Source: Diplonema japonicum (lineage: Eukaryota; Protista; Euglenozoa: Diplonemea). From it: 64,000 nt of DNA. Location: contig OZ025650.1 in NCBI GenBank assembly GCA_964019335.1, forward strand, positions 682,001 through 746,000, in the 5' to 3' direction. Position 1 is the first letter of the stretch, and the number at the start of each line of letters is the position of its first letter. Made by a program: the position numbers and the translations under genes. This document shows positions 34,089 to 45,547 of the stretch, in pieces. The notes beneath the pieces are model-generated. The model did no database searches, was not told where the DNA came from, and was given only the letters and a program-made list of their open reading frames with translations.

Positions 34089-35929
34089 ATGCAAAGCAGC
34101 GGTCCCCTGAACATGGCAGGGATGCCGAGCGTTCCGATGCCATCAGCGAACATGATGCAGGGTTGTATGCCAAGCCAGCACACGACGCAGCCAAACCTTC
34201 AAGGCTCGTTCCTTAGCAACATATCTGGCATGGCAGGGCAGATGAGCGTCCCAGGTGTCTCTGTAGCAGGGCTTGGGGGGCTCCTGGAGACTCTGCAGAG
34301 CACAGGGATGCAAGGATTGCTGCAGGTGAACAGCTCTATGTTGTTTACATGCATTGTATCGTTGTTGAGATGCGTCGGGGAACATGAGCATGCTCTGGAG
34401 AACTTGAGGAAGGGCCAGGCTGAGACAAAGTCCGTGGTGGAAGGAGTCCCAGGGCTGACTCAGAAGGTCGAGCATTTGTCAGCCCCCCAGCAGGTGGTGG
34501 TGCCGCAGCCGTCGAACCCTTTAACAGACCCTTCCCTGCAGCAGATGATAGCCGGGATCCATGAACGGCTGCTGAGTGTGGAGATGAAATGCGAGGAAAC
34601 CAACGTGAGAACCAACAAAATTGAGAGAATAGACCAACTGGAAAACGAGGTAGCAAGGCTCCGCCAAAACCCTTCTGAGACAGCCACTCTGCAGGCCTCG
34701 ATCCAGGACATGCTGCAAACATGTCAATCTCTAGCTGCCAAGCAGGCCGACACTGTGGCGGTGGTCTCGCAGTCTTGCCAAAGGCTCGACATGTTAGAGG
34801 GCAACGTTGCTCAGCTTCGCGACATGGTCATGAAAACACTTCACTCGTCTGAAGAACAAGCCGAGCACGTCAAGGCGTTGTTCGACCTCCCAATGGATTT
34901 GAAACCACACCTGGGGACCCCTGAACGCCGTTTTAAGCTCCTCGCGGGGACACCCACGTTCCATGCGATATTCTCGGACATCAGCGACCTTCGAGGGCGG
35001 CTGCAAAACAACACCAGCCACCTTGGCAATCTGCAGTCACAGACCGCGCAGGTTTCTCAAGGTCTCTCACAGCAGCAACTCCAACAGCAGCAGCAACAAC
35101 AGCAAATAGCGGTTTTGCAAACACCACAAAAAATCATAGAGTACCAACCGCCTCCCACGCCTGCCACGTCATACCAACCTTCGCGGCCCCCTCCGCAGAA
35201 CCCGTCCCCCGCATTGCCTGCTGCAACGTCTCCTGGCGACCCATACTACCGTGGGATAGACAATGCGCATATTTCTCCTTATAGGCAGTATGTTTAATTT
35301 GTCTTTTCTCTCTTTTTTTTCAAACCCAATCCAGGAAGTCCCCGTCGCCTAGCGGGGCGAACTACGCCGGAAACCAAGTTGACCATCTAAGAAGGCTCGT
35401 CAGCGACCCGCAGACCTTGTCCAACGTCCCTGAGCTTACAGGCGCGACTCGGTCAGGGTTGGAGAACGCAGATAAGCTTGTTGCCGTGCTGGCGCAAGCC
35501 CTCGCGGATCGAGGAGAGAGCGCGAAGGCAGGGTTGAGGAGCCCTGTGAGGGTCGGGTCACCGAGGGCACGGGAGTTCGTTGCGCTGGACAGATCGGAGT
35601 CCTCCTGCACGGCAGTCGGGAGGAACTCTGCAGATTTCACGCTTCTCGGGCTTGAAGCCATCGAGACACCTCCTGGCATTGTTATTGTGCAGTCCATCCA
35701 ACCTGACTCACCTGCAAGCATAGGCGGCATCCGAATGGGCGACAAGCTCATCTCCCTCAACGGCTCATCAATCGGCTCCCGTTCTGACCTCCTTCGCTCG
35801 TTAGCCAAAACCAAACCCTCCCAACTCATCCCTGTGATTTTCGTCCCGAAGGGCACCTCTTCCCCCGTGGCCACTCACCTTGTCGTTGGAGGTGTTACTG
35901 TCCCCAATACACCCGTGCCTGGTGCATAG
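34089..35929 (+). CDS. coiled-coil protein with C-terminal PDZ domain
   Basis: Intron 35288-35334 joins the 34089 ORF in frame to the 35417 ORF. PDZ: LLGLE...GIVIVQSIQPDSPASIGGIRMGDKLISLNG. Confidence 0.82.
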
Positions 35930-36296
35930 CAAGCTGGTTAGAACGTTCTTTTTCATTTTTTTTTTGATGGCGTGCTCTCAATTGGAACACGCACACGTTG
36001 TTTACGCTTTTCTTTCAAAAAAAAAGGGGGGAAGGCGAGATGTATAAATTATGAATAGATATTTTTTTTTTTGTTAGAATGAAAACATTAAGTAGATTTT
36101 TTTTGTTTGCCTTTCATTTTTTTTTTGTTTGTAAAAGCCACTTTTTTTTTTTATTTATTCGCACCTGTTTTCTTATTTCCTTGTCCTCCGCTCCCCTTCT
36201 ACAGTATTCTTTTTCTGTTGTACATTCAGCGGAATAAAGCACGGCATACAGAAAAGAAAAAAAAAAAAAACGGAAAGAAAAAAAAAAAGCAAAAAG

Positions 36297-38201
36297 GTGG
36301 ATACCCCACACCGTGTTGCGGCTGCGTGTATCTTGGGCAGTGTAGGAATAGCTTGGGCGGCGACAGGTATCTACATAAAAATGACTGAGTTTGGTAAGGC
36401 TGTAAAGGAGGTTGACAAGATGATGGAAGACCTCAAAGAACTGGCAAAGAGAATAGGAGCAGCCTTGGATGGAGGCAAGGAAGAAGAGATAAACGATATT
36501 AAAGAGACACTTGAAGGCTGGACAGGGAACATTGGCGAAACGGGATCGCTAGGAATGAAGGCTGCAAAGTTCAAAAAGAAGGCAGAAGAGCCTGCAGAGT
36601 CCCGTCTTTACAGCGACAAGATGGTGGAGAAGGTTGAAAACTTTTTGAAAACGGTGGAGAAAATTCGTGAAGATCTGAAAACTACGGTATCTCCGATCAC
36701 AGAATGGATCGAGAACAAAGAGCATCTTGCAAGGGTCCTAGCTGAGATAGCGGAACGCCTTGAATACTGCCTTGCAGATGAAGCAGCTTGCAGAGCGAGC
36801 ATAGCATTCGAGACCTCCGAAGCCACTGCAAGACTCACGATCGAGAACAACCAGCTGGTAGACGTGAGCGCCGAACTGAATGTGCTGCAGAAAGCTCTGC
36901 GCGAACTCGAACGGAAGGCAGCTGCGAAAGAGCGAAAAAAACAGAAAAAACGAGAGCAGCAAGCGCAGCTTCGCGGGGACGCTGAAAAGCGCAAGGTGAG
37001 GGAAAAAGAGGAGCAACAGCAACAAATGGCCGAGGCTTTTGAAAAGGCCTTGAGGCAGGTTGAAAGGAAAGAGATAAGCACCCGTGTGACACTCACAGAA
37101 GAGGAACAAGACAACTCCCTGTCGATTCTGAACGCATTCTACAAAGTGATACGAAGGACGAAGTCACCCACGAAGCCAGGACGGGCCGGGCAGAGAAAAA
37201 GCCCACCAGGGGGCAGGGTGACACCGCCCCGTGGTGACCGTCCAAAATCTCCAAAATCCCGTTCGGGGAGAGACAAGCGGGCATCGAAGGGGCAGGGAGG
37301 TGCTGAGGGAGTCAGCGCTGACCTTTTCGACCTCCCCCCTGGCGCTCTTGACATGGTTTATGACGTGAAGGCAATCCCGAACACACCAAGCGTGCAGCTG
37401 TCGAACTCCCTCCACAACATCGAACTGACTGTGTACAAATGCTTGCTGTCAATACGCGACGTGGCAGAGCCGATACCTTTCGAGCTCCCTCCTGAGCTGC
37501 TGACCGACAGGAAAGCCAAGAAGCGGTACGAAAGCGGCAAAGTGCACCACACGGCCCAGTCATCCCTCGCAACCTACGATGAGGGCGGCATTGAGGGGGA
37601 CGACGACGATGAGGACGACCTGCTTGGGAACACCGACAGTGATGATGATGACCTCTTCATCGAAGACTACGAACAAGAAGAAGAAGAGGACAAAAGAGCC
37701 CTCCCTGAGAACCTGAATGTGTCCTTCCTCAAGAGGCTAACAGGAGGCTGCGTTGTGGTGATGATGTCAGTTGGGGGCTCCTTTGCAGGGGGCATCTTCA
37801 TGGGAGGGGACTGTATCGTACACACCACCTTCAGCAGGTACATCACAAGAAAGAAGCAAGGCGGCAGGCAGTCCAACCACGAAGGGCGCTCCGACACCAT
37901 GGGATCCCAACTAAGGAAGTCACACGAGACACGGTTCAAGGAGCTCATCTCTCAGCTGCTGCACACTTGGGCCCTCCCTTTGAATAATGCTTCTGCAATT
38001 TTCCTCCACGCCCCTAGCCCTGTGAACAGGATGCCTTTCTACTCGGTCACTCCTCTTCCGCCTTCAAACACAGTCGCGCATGGGTTGAAGAAAACAGACC
38101 CCAGAATACTGCCTGTGCCACTCACGACAAAGAAACCTACTTTTACTGAGGTACAGAAGGTGTACTCTTCCCTTGTCAGCTGCGTTTATAAGAGCTCATA
38201 A
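36297..38201 (+). CDS. Vms1/ANKZF1-like (VLRF1 domain) protein with coiled coil; start uncertain (GTG 36297 or ATG 36381)
   Basis: C-terminal GGSFAGGIF...HTTFSRYITRKKQGGRQS...MGSQLRKSHE...IFLHAP...DPRILPVPLTTKKPTFTEV matches the Vms1-like release factor domain. Confidence 0.82.
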   Translation: MDTPHRVAAACILGSVGIAWAATGIYIKMTEFGKAVKEVDKMMEDLKELAKRIGAALDGGKEEEINDIKETLEGWTGNIGETGSLGMKAAKFKKKAEEPAESRLYSDKMVEKVENFLKTVEKIREDLKTTVSPITEWIENKEHLARVLAEIAERLEYCLADEAACRASIAFETSEATARLTIENNQLVDVSAELNVLQKALRELERKAAAKERKKQKKREQQAQLRGDAEKRKVREKEEQQQQMAEAFEKALRQVERKEISTRVTLTEEEQDNSLSILNAFYKVIRRTKSPTKPGRAGQRKSPPGGRVTPPRGDRPKSPKSRSGRDKRASKGQGGAEGVSADLFDLPPGALDMVYDVKAIPNTPSVQLSNSLHNIELTVYKCLLSIRDVAEPIPFELPPELLTDRKAKKRYESGKVHHTAQSSLATYDEGGIEGDDDDEDDLLGNTDSDDDDLFIEDYEQEEEEDKRALPENLNVSFLKRLTGGCVVVMMSVGGSFAGGIFMGGDCIVHTTFSRYITRKKQGGRQSNHEGRSDTMGSQLRKSHETRFKELISQLLHTWALPLNNASAIFLHAPSPVNRMPFYSVTPLPPSNTVAHGLKKTDPRILPVPLTTKKPTFTEVQKVYSSLVSCVYKSS

Positions 38202-38651
38202 AGGGGGGTTTTGAAAGGAAAAAAAGAGGGGGGAGGAAAGTGAACCATTTTACCGTATTTTCTTACCTAACCTTATTTCGATATGATACTGTTGGTTCCA
38301 GTTTTCTCTCTTTTTTTCTTGGGGAATTTTTTTTTTCTTTCTCCTTTTTTTATTCGTGGATGCAGGCAGGCAATCGCGATACAGGCCAGACAGGAGAATA
38401 AAGAAAGAGAAGCAAAAAGTGTGTGCTCAGGGGAAAGAAGAAGAAAAAAAACGTGTTCTCAATCAGTTCGTTTCTCCCTATTTTTTCTCCATGCGTCCTC
38501 AAACAAACAACACACAAAAAAAGGGGGAGGGAGGGAGGGGCGGGGGCGGTAATCCACACGTTTTTCTTTTTCTTTTTTTCTTTTTAACATTTAACACACA
38601 CGTCTTTTAATTTTTTTTCTATAAAAAAAATAAAATAAATAAGAGAGAAGG

Positions 38652-39261
38652 ATGACGAGGCAAAGAGGGGTGGTGGTGAAGTGGTTTGAAGATAAAGGCT
38701 TCGGCTTTGTGATGCCAGCGGGGTCACAGCAGGAAATTTTTGTGCATTATAAGTCAATCGCTGGTGGCCAACGACCAACTGGGGGGGAAAAGGTGTGCAC
38801 ATTATTTATTTCCCCCGCTACATATTAAAAATAAAAAGGTGGAATTTGAAGTATCAAGCGATCCGAAGCATGATAAGCCGAGAGCTATCGATGTTAATAT
38901 ACTTGATGCAAACGGGGTGAGTGTGATGACCCGAGCACCGCGAGGGGGGCCTGGATATGGGTTCACCAGCAGTCCTTATCAGCAGCAGCAGCAGCAGCAG
39001 CATCACCATCATCATCATCACCACCACCACCACCACCACCCTCCTACTCCCTACTCTTCGGCTCCAGAGCACTGGGCCCCCCCCGGCCCCCCGCCCCCAG
39101 GGGCCGGCCCGCCCCCTCCCGGCCAGCCTCCTATGACCGGCTACTCCGTCCCGCCCCCTACCAATGGGGCACCTCCTTACCCGTATCAGGCATACCCTTA
39201 CCCAGCCCAAGGGTACGCTCAGCAAGGGTATGGAATGGCCCCCCCTCCACCACACTTCTGA
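38652..39261 (+). CDS. single cold-shock-domain protein with Gln/His/Pro/Tyr-rich tail
   Basis: Exon 1 38652-38792 (MTRQRGVVVKWFEDKGFGFV...IFVHYKSI; absent from the ORF track), intron 38793-38838, exon 2 VEFEV...PRAIDV. Confidence 0.88.
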
Positions 39262-40115
39262 GAATGGATGTGAAGATAAGAGAGGGAAAGATGGCAGTTT
39301 AAGGAAAAGGAATTGAAACAACAAGAGAAGGCACGAGAAAAAAAAAAAGAGGAAGGAGTGCACACTTACACCAGCTTCTTCCTCCTCACCCCGCTTTTTT
39401 TTTTTTTTTTTTTTTCCTTTTGGCCTCGTTTTTTCTTTTGTGTCTTCCCTGCTCTGCTCATTTCCGGTATAGACGCCACCCCCCCCCCCCCCCCCCCCGC
39501 GTGCCATCCTCGTTTCTTTCCTTTTTTGACGAAGGCCTTTCCAGAAAGGGATGAATGCATTGAAAAAAAAGTCTTTTTTTTTGGTGGGTTGCTGCTAACA
39601 CTTCCCGGATTTTTTCCCCCACTTCTTTTTGTGAAAGTATCCTTTTCTTTCTTTGAATTGTTTTTTTCTTTCTTTTTCTTCCTTGTTTGGCAGTTATAAA
39701 ATTCATTTCCCCCCTTGTTTTCTTTTTTTTTCTTAGTGTCCCCTCTCCACAACACACACACACTTCCTTTTTAAGAAGAAGAAAAAGCTGTGTCGGAATA
39801 CGAGCGTTAAGTCAACCAACAGCATTTTTTTTCTTTTTTTTTTTTGCTACGTTAGGAGAAAGAAGAGAAAAAAAAAAGAAATACCGAAAAGAAAAAAAGA
39901 ATATGCTGGGGTGGTGCTAATAAAAAAAGGAAGAAAAAATGGAAACGGGCGCAGTAAAAAAAAAAAAAAAAAAGAAGAAGGAGAGAAGAAGAAAAAAAAA
40001 GTATATATTGCCATCTTTTGGTTCTTCCTTTTCATTTGATACCGGTCTGCACACCGTGCGGGGGAGGGGGGGAAAGAGAACATGAAAGGTCATAACTCAA
40101 AAACTTTATATTAAA

Positions 40116-40748
40116 ATGTCGACCCCTGCCATGAAGAAGATCAGAAAGTCTCACCGTGCTGAGGCCACCGAGCTCGAGACCCAGGTTGCTCAGGTTCTCT
40201 TCGACCTTGAGAACGACTCCAAGAACCTGAAGAACGCCCTCACCGGCTTCGCCATCAACTCCGTGAAGGAGATCGAGGTGACCGCCACCAAGACCGCCGC
40301 CGTTGTGTTCTTCCCCCTGCGTTTCATCCGCAAAATTCACAAGGTCCAGAAGCAGCTCGTTGTTGAGATCGAGAAGAAGCTGTCCGGCAAGAACGTGATC
40401 TTCGTGGCGCAGAGGAAGATCCAGACCATCGCCGGGAGCAGCTCCGCCCCCATCCAGAGGTCCAGGACCATGAAGGCCGTCCACGAGGCCATCCTTGACG
40501 ACATCTGCTTCCCCAGCGAGATTGTGGGCAAGCGCATCCGTCAGCTCACTGACGGTTCCAAGCACCTCAAGGTGTTCCTTGACAACCGTGACAGGAACTC
40601 CTGCGGTCACAAGGTATGAATGAAGCAATGAAGTGGACCATCGAACACACAGATCGACACCTTCGTTGCCGCGTACAACAAGCTGACCGGCCGCAACGTG
40701 GCCTTCGGGTTCATGTCCAACCACCAGCTCCAGCAGGTCGTTGCGTGA
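40116..40748 (+). CDS. RPS7: 40S ribosomal protein eS7, copy 1
   Basis: LVVEIEKKLSGKNVIFVAQRKI, RSRTMKAVHEAILDDICFPSEIVGKRIR; intron 40614-40652; last exon IDTFVAAYNKLTGRNVAF. Confidence 0.96.
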
Positions 40749-40892
40749 GTGGTGAAGTGACGAAGAAACGAAAAAGTGGCATTCATAAAGTTTTATTTTG
40801 TTTATTTCCCATTCGTCAGTATTCCCTCGTCACAGTTCACGAGATCACCTTCTTCCTAGGTTTCCCGCTTGGGCTTAGATACCTTTACTACC

Positions 40893-41525
40893 ATGTCGAC
40901 CCCTGCCATGAAGAAGATCAGAAAGTCTCACCGTGCTGAGGCCACCGAGCTCGAGACCCAGGTTGCTCAGGTTCTCTTCGACCTTGAGAACGACTCCAAG
41001 AACCTGAAGAACGCCCTCACCGGCTTCGCCATCAACTCCGTGAAGGAGATCGAGGTGACCGCCACCAAGACCGCCGCCGTTGTGTTCTTCCCCCTGCGTT
41101 TCATCCGCAAAATTCACAAGGTCCAGAAGCAGCTCGTTGTTGAGATCGAGAAGAAGCTGTCTGGCAAGAACGTGATCTTCGTGGCGCAGAGGAAGATCCA
41201 GACCATCGCCGGGAGCAGCTCCGCCCCCATCCAGAGGTCCAGGACCATGAAGGCCGTCCACGAGGCCATCCTTGACGACATCTGCTTCCCCAGCGAGATT
41301 GTGGGCAAGCGCATCCGTCAGCTCACTGACGGTTCCAAGCACCTCAAGGTGTTCCTTGACAACCGTGACAGGAACTCCTGCGGTCACAAGGTATGAATGA
41401 AGCAATGAAGTGGACCATCGAACACACAGATCGACACCTTCGTTGCCGCGTACAACAAGCTGACCGGCCGCAACGTGGCCTTCGGGTTCATGTCCAACCA
41501 CCAGCTCCAGCAGGTCGTTGCCTAA
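40893..41525 (+). CDS. RPS7: 40S ribosomal protein eS7, copy 2
   Basis: Near-identical to copy 1; intron 41391-41429. Confidence 0.96.
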
Positions 41526-41885
41526 GCATGAAGCCTTAGCCGAAAAAAAAAAGAAAAGCGGAAAAAAAAAGTGCCTTGGAGGGGGAGTGGGAACAAAAAA
41601 CAGGGGTAATCTTTTTTTTTTTTTTTTTTTTTTAGTGGGCTCCTCGTTTCCCTCCCCCCTTCTATGTGATCCCCTACATCAATGGTTTTTTTCATTTTTT
41701 TTTTTCAAAACATTTTTTTTTTTCATAGGTCAAATTTGTTTTCCATCAAAGCCTGCTTCGCAACCAAAAAAACCCCACACAAAAAAAAAATCACGAACCA
41801 AAGGAGGAAGAAAAAAAGAGAGAAAAAAAGCAATCTCGCTATTAAAAAAAAAAAAAAAAAAAAAAGAAACACGCATGTATAATAA

Positions 41886-43701
41886 ATGATACGCACGCCA
41901 TTGAGGATGAGCCTCTCTTTTGAGGAATGTGAATATGTGGATAAAAGTTGGTCGCCAGTGATGCCAGTCCTGCACACTGCAGAAGAAGGTGACTATCAGA
42001 GGTGGTATGCACAGACAGAGAGGACATTGGAGGAGAAGTTTGAGAATAAACCAGAAAGCCCGCCAATGGGAAGAGGCAGGTTGGTGTCGTTGTCGCAGAA
42101 GCTGAGCAGCAGACAGCCGAAAGACATCAATGAAGTTTTGAAATTGCTGTCAGATGTTATAGATGAAATGAAATCTAACACCACTGTCCTGGACACGCTG
42201 CCGTCACCACGGGACGAGGAAGAGGACAACCATGGGACTCTAAGAAAGGCGTTCAGAAAGTACGTCCCCACGTTATGGAAATCGCCTTTGCCTGATGCAG
42301 ACGAGGCGTGTCATGAGAACTCAGTAATCGTGCTTCTCTGCCGAGCAAGGGTCATCATGTCCGACCTAGTGATCGGGGCACTGCTCATAGTAAAGGAAAA
42401 GCTAACAGCACATTGCATCTTTTGGAGATGGGTCGAAATGCACCCGAAGCTCTATGCATCAACCTCTTACGCAAAATCTTTGATACAAATCTTCCACAAA
42501 CTGGAACAAGCCATCGATATCGCCTCAGGCCTGGTGCACACCTGTGCAGCGAGAGTGGGCGCATTGACGGAAACAGACTCCGATTTGCTTCGTGGAGCAA
42601 TATTCGAGGTGTCTTGCGTGAACAAAAAGCTGTTAGATGAGCTGACAGGCGGAGCTGAGAGAATATTTAAAGCTCCAAAGCGGCAAGTGAAATCGCTGAT
42701 TAGCGAGGAGTGTGTGAAGAAAGCCCACTCCCTGGACACCAGCAGGTTCACCTTGCAAGACGACAACACTGTTATCCACCAGATGTTGACAGAGCTCGAG
42801 ACAGTTAACAGCTTCCCGAAGAAGCTCCTCGACACCATCGACAGCCTGTACACGCAGTACTACTACATGCAGCTTGGTACGCTTATGACGACGGTCTCTG
42901 TCATCACTACTGTTGTCTTCCTGTTTCACAGGTCGGGGAAGTGGGCGAAGATTTTGAAATGGTGGTCGTCAACGAAGGTAGCGTGGGGTGAGTTCATCCA
43001 GTACCACCTCGTGGAGCCTATCAAGGGTATTTACCATGAGCTGCTTCTTCCTGTCCCTGACTGGGTAGAGCGTGACCAAGCCATCGAAGCGGTGAAGGAG
43101 GGGAACAAGTCCCTTCAAAGAATGCTCGTTGATTTCATAAACACTGCAAAACCAGAATGCGCAGAAGCGTTGAATCTGGCTAAGAACGGCGACATTCACA
43201 ACACGGAAGCATGGCTGCCTGTGATGGAGCTTCTCGAGGAACAGATACGGTACCCCTTGTTCAATGCAGCAAGGGGTGAGGTCGGGCGAGCGTTGCTGTT
43301 GCAAGCTATCAAAACAAAAATCACGATTGACTACCAAACAGTTGAAGTTGACCTGCTTCTGCGTGCCAACCGGCTGAACATGAACGCACTGTCAACTGTT
43401 CCTGCTTTTGGCGTCATCTGGTGTTTTGCGAAGTGCCTTTCGAACATTAGAGCCCGCTTTGCAAAACGCCTTCCTACGTCAGACCCTTCCATCCGGTGTA
43501 TTCTCTGCCTCAGAGAAATCCACCGTCTGTTCTCACGACTCTCCATTACGCGGCCTCCCGATGTCCTCGTCTCGGATGCACACCTCACAGCTTATCTATC
43601 TTGGCTGGAAGAGCATGGTAGGGTCCTCTCCTCTTTGTCCCTTTTGGAACGGTCTGCTGCGTCCATGAATCTCCGTATAGAAATCAAGGTATGGCGAGAA
43701 G

Positions 43702-43732
<31 letters not shown>

Positions 43733-43849
43733 CAGACAGCCCTTGCAGAGGATCTCGAAGGGTTGAAAGCGATGTACGCGGCAAACGACATCCAGCTTTC
43801 AGAGGTCGATAGAATATGGAGGACTTACCCCTGGATCATCACATCGTGA
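41886..43849 (+). CDS. NCA2/DGS1-like mitochondrial membrane protein
   Basis: HLVEPIKGIYHEL, SLQRMLVDF, EEQIRYPLFNAARGEVGRALLLQ and DLLLRANRLN motifs. Intron 43689-43735 gives the C-terminus TALAEDLEGL...DRIWRTYPW. Confidence 0.78.
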
Positions 43850-43993
43850 TACAAGAACATTAATGGTTCTTTCCTCATTTTATTTCGTTTTTTTCTTTTT
43901 TTTATATACTACATGTTTCCCGCCCCCCTAAAGAATATCAGAAAAAAAAAGGGGGAGAGGAAGGCGGAGAAAAAGAAAATATATAAAAAAGAA

Positions 43994-45227
43994 ATGCTGA
44001 TATTAAAATCCTGCAGCATACAGAGCGGGCTGCGGAAGGCCGTGTCGCAGCGACGGGAAGCAACGTCTTGGAAGTATGGTGAAGTGTCGCATGACAGAAA
44101 GGATGCCACGTGGATGGGACCTGTGAAGGGAAGAGCGGGTGAGGATGAACCAGACACAGACTATCCAGGGAATATTAAAACTCCAAACTGGATGTTGGGG
44201 GAGAACGGCGACGAGATTGCTGAGAAGATGAAGGTTCTGTTTAAAGGGTACGACCCGACCTTGAAGAAACCAATTGCGAATTTCAGAATGCGTCTTGCTC
44301 CCGGCAAGGCCACGGCAGCGCCACCCGTCGGACCTTCATTCTCCCAAATGGGCGCCAAGCCTATCGACTTCATCAAAGCCTACAACGATGCAACTATGGG
44401 CTTGTTCGTCCCCGACCCAGAACTGAAGCTTAAGGTTTACGTTAGGTTCTATGAGGATAAGACTTATCAGTGGAAGGTCCTTCCCCCAACAACCGCCTGG
44501 TTGATCAGAAAGGCAGCCGGCCTCCCAGCAATCGGTGTTTCAGGCTTCGGTGCCGGGAACCCCCCTCAAATATCCGGAAAATGGGCTGGGTACATCACCC
44601 TCCAACAATTGTACCACGTGGCAGCCTTGGCGAACACGTGGAACAACTTTCCTGACTGGCTCCCTCTTGAGTTCCGAGTTGACGGTCTCATCAAGCAAGC
44701 TGACGTTCAGGGTATTTGCGTCCTTGGTGTGCACTCTGCGCCTCCTCCAATGCTTGGGAAAAGCGACGCGCAGCAGTATGAATATATTCGCGAAATGAAA
44801 AAGAAATGGACGGATGACCGGTTAAAGGAGATGGACAGGAATCCTTTGGACCGATTGCCTTGGGCAACCAAGTATGATGAGGGGAGAAGACAAATAAGGG
44901 AAACAAAAACAGAATCACATACCGAAACACAACTGGTTTCGACCTTGTTGCCAAACCGGATAAGAGGGTATGGAAGGAAAAATCTTTGAATAATAAATTG
45001 TAAAAACAGAGCGTGATCAAGGATGCGCAAGCTATTGATAAAAAATTCCAGACAGTGCTTGACAAACAGGCAGGGGGCGAAGGGGGGCAGAAGGGGAAGG
45101 TGTTATGGGACGAATGGAAGAAAACAGGGAACCTGATCAAACTGAAGGAAACCCCAACTACTATCGAACAACGACACATGGACTGGGTATGAAAGAGGGG
45201 GGAAAGGGGTTTATAAAAAAAAAAAAG

Positions 45228-45260
<33 letters not shown>

Positions 45261-45408
45261 GTAGAACAAACGTGCACGAGTCGACTACCTCTCCAGACGG
45301 TACCCCTCTGTTATCGCAAGACACAGGAACTACAGAGCTATGTGGTTCTCTGACGAATGGGAAAACCTGCAAGCCAACAGCCAGCATATTGGGGAAAGGG
45401 TCAGATAG
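43994..45408 (+). CDS. MRPL11: mitochondrial ribosomal protein uL11m, extended (417 aa, 3 introns)
   Basis: PGKATAAPPVGPSFSQMG...DFIKAYND...PPTTAWLIRKAAG. Introns 44872-44912, 44968-45009 and 45187-45264 keep an open frame to TAG at 45406-45408. Confidence 0.85.
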
Positions 45409-45547
45409 AAGCAAAAACCGAGAAAACAACCTTTTTTTATTTAAAAAAAAAAAAAAGAAAAGTGTATTTTCATCCATTTTTTTCTTTTTCTTCAACGCCT
45501 CACTAATCCCCCCCCAGGACCGGTGGAAAAAAGACCAAAAAAAAAAA

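Noticed and set aside
40032-41501. Long antisense ORFs over RPS7, and similarly over ACOX (18440-19393) and the PRS-like gene (49484-50473)
   Set aside because: Shadow ORFs caused by biased codon usage of the sense genes.
45272-45547. N-terminal extension of the MAPKKK ORF in the track
   Set aside because: It overlaps the last uL11m exon in another frame plus spacer homopolymers; the PB1 domain starts at ATG 45548.
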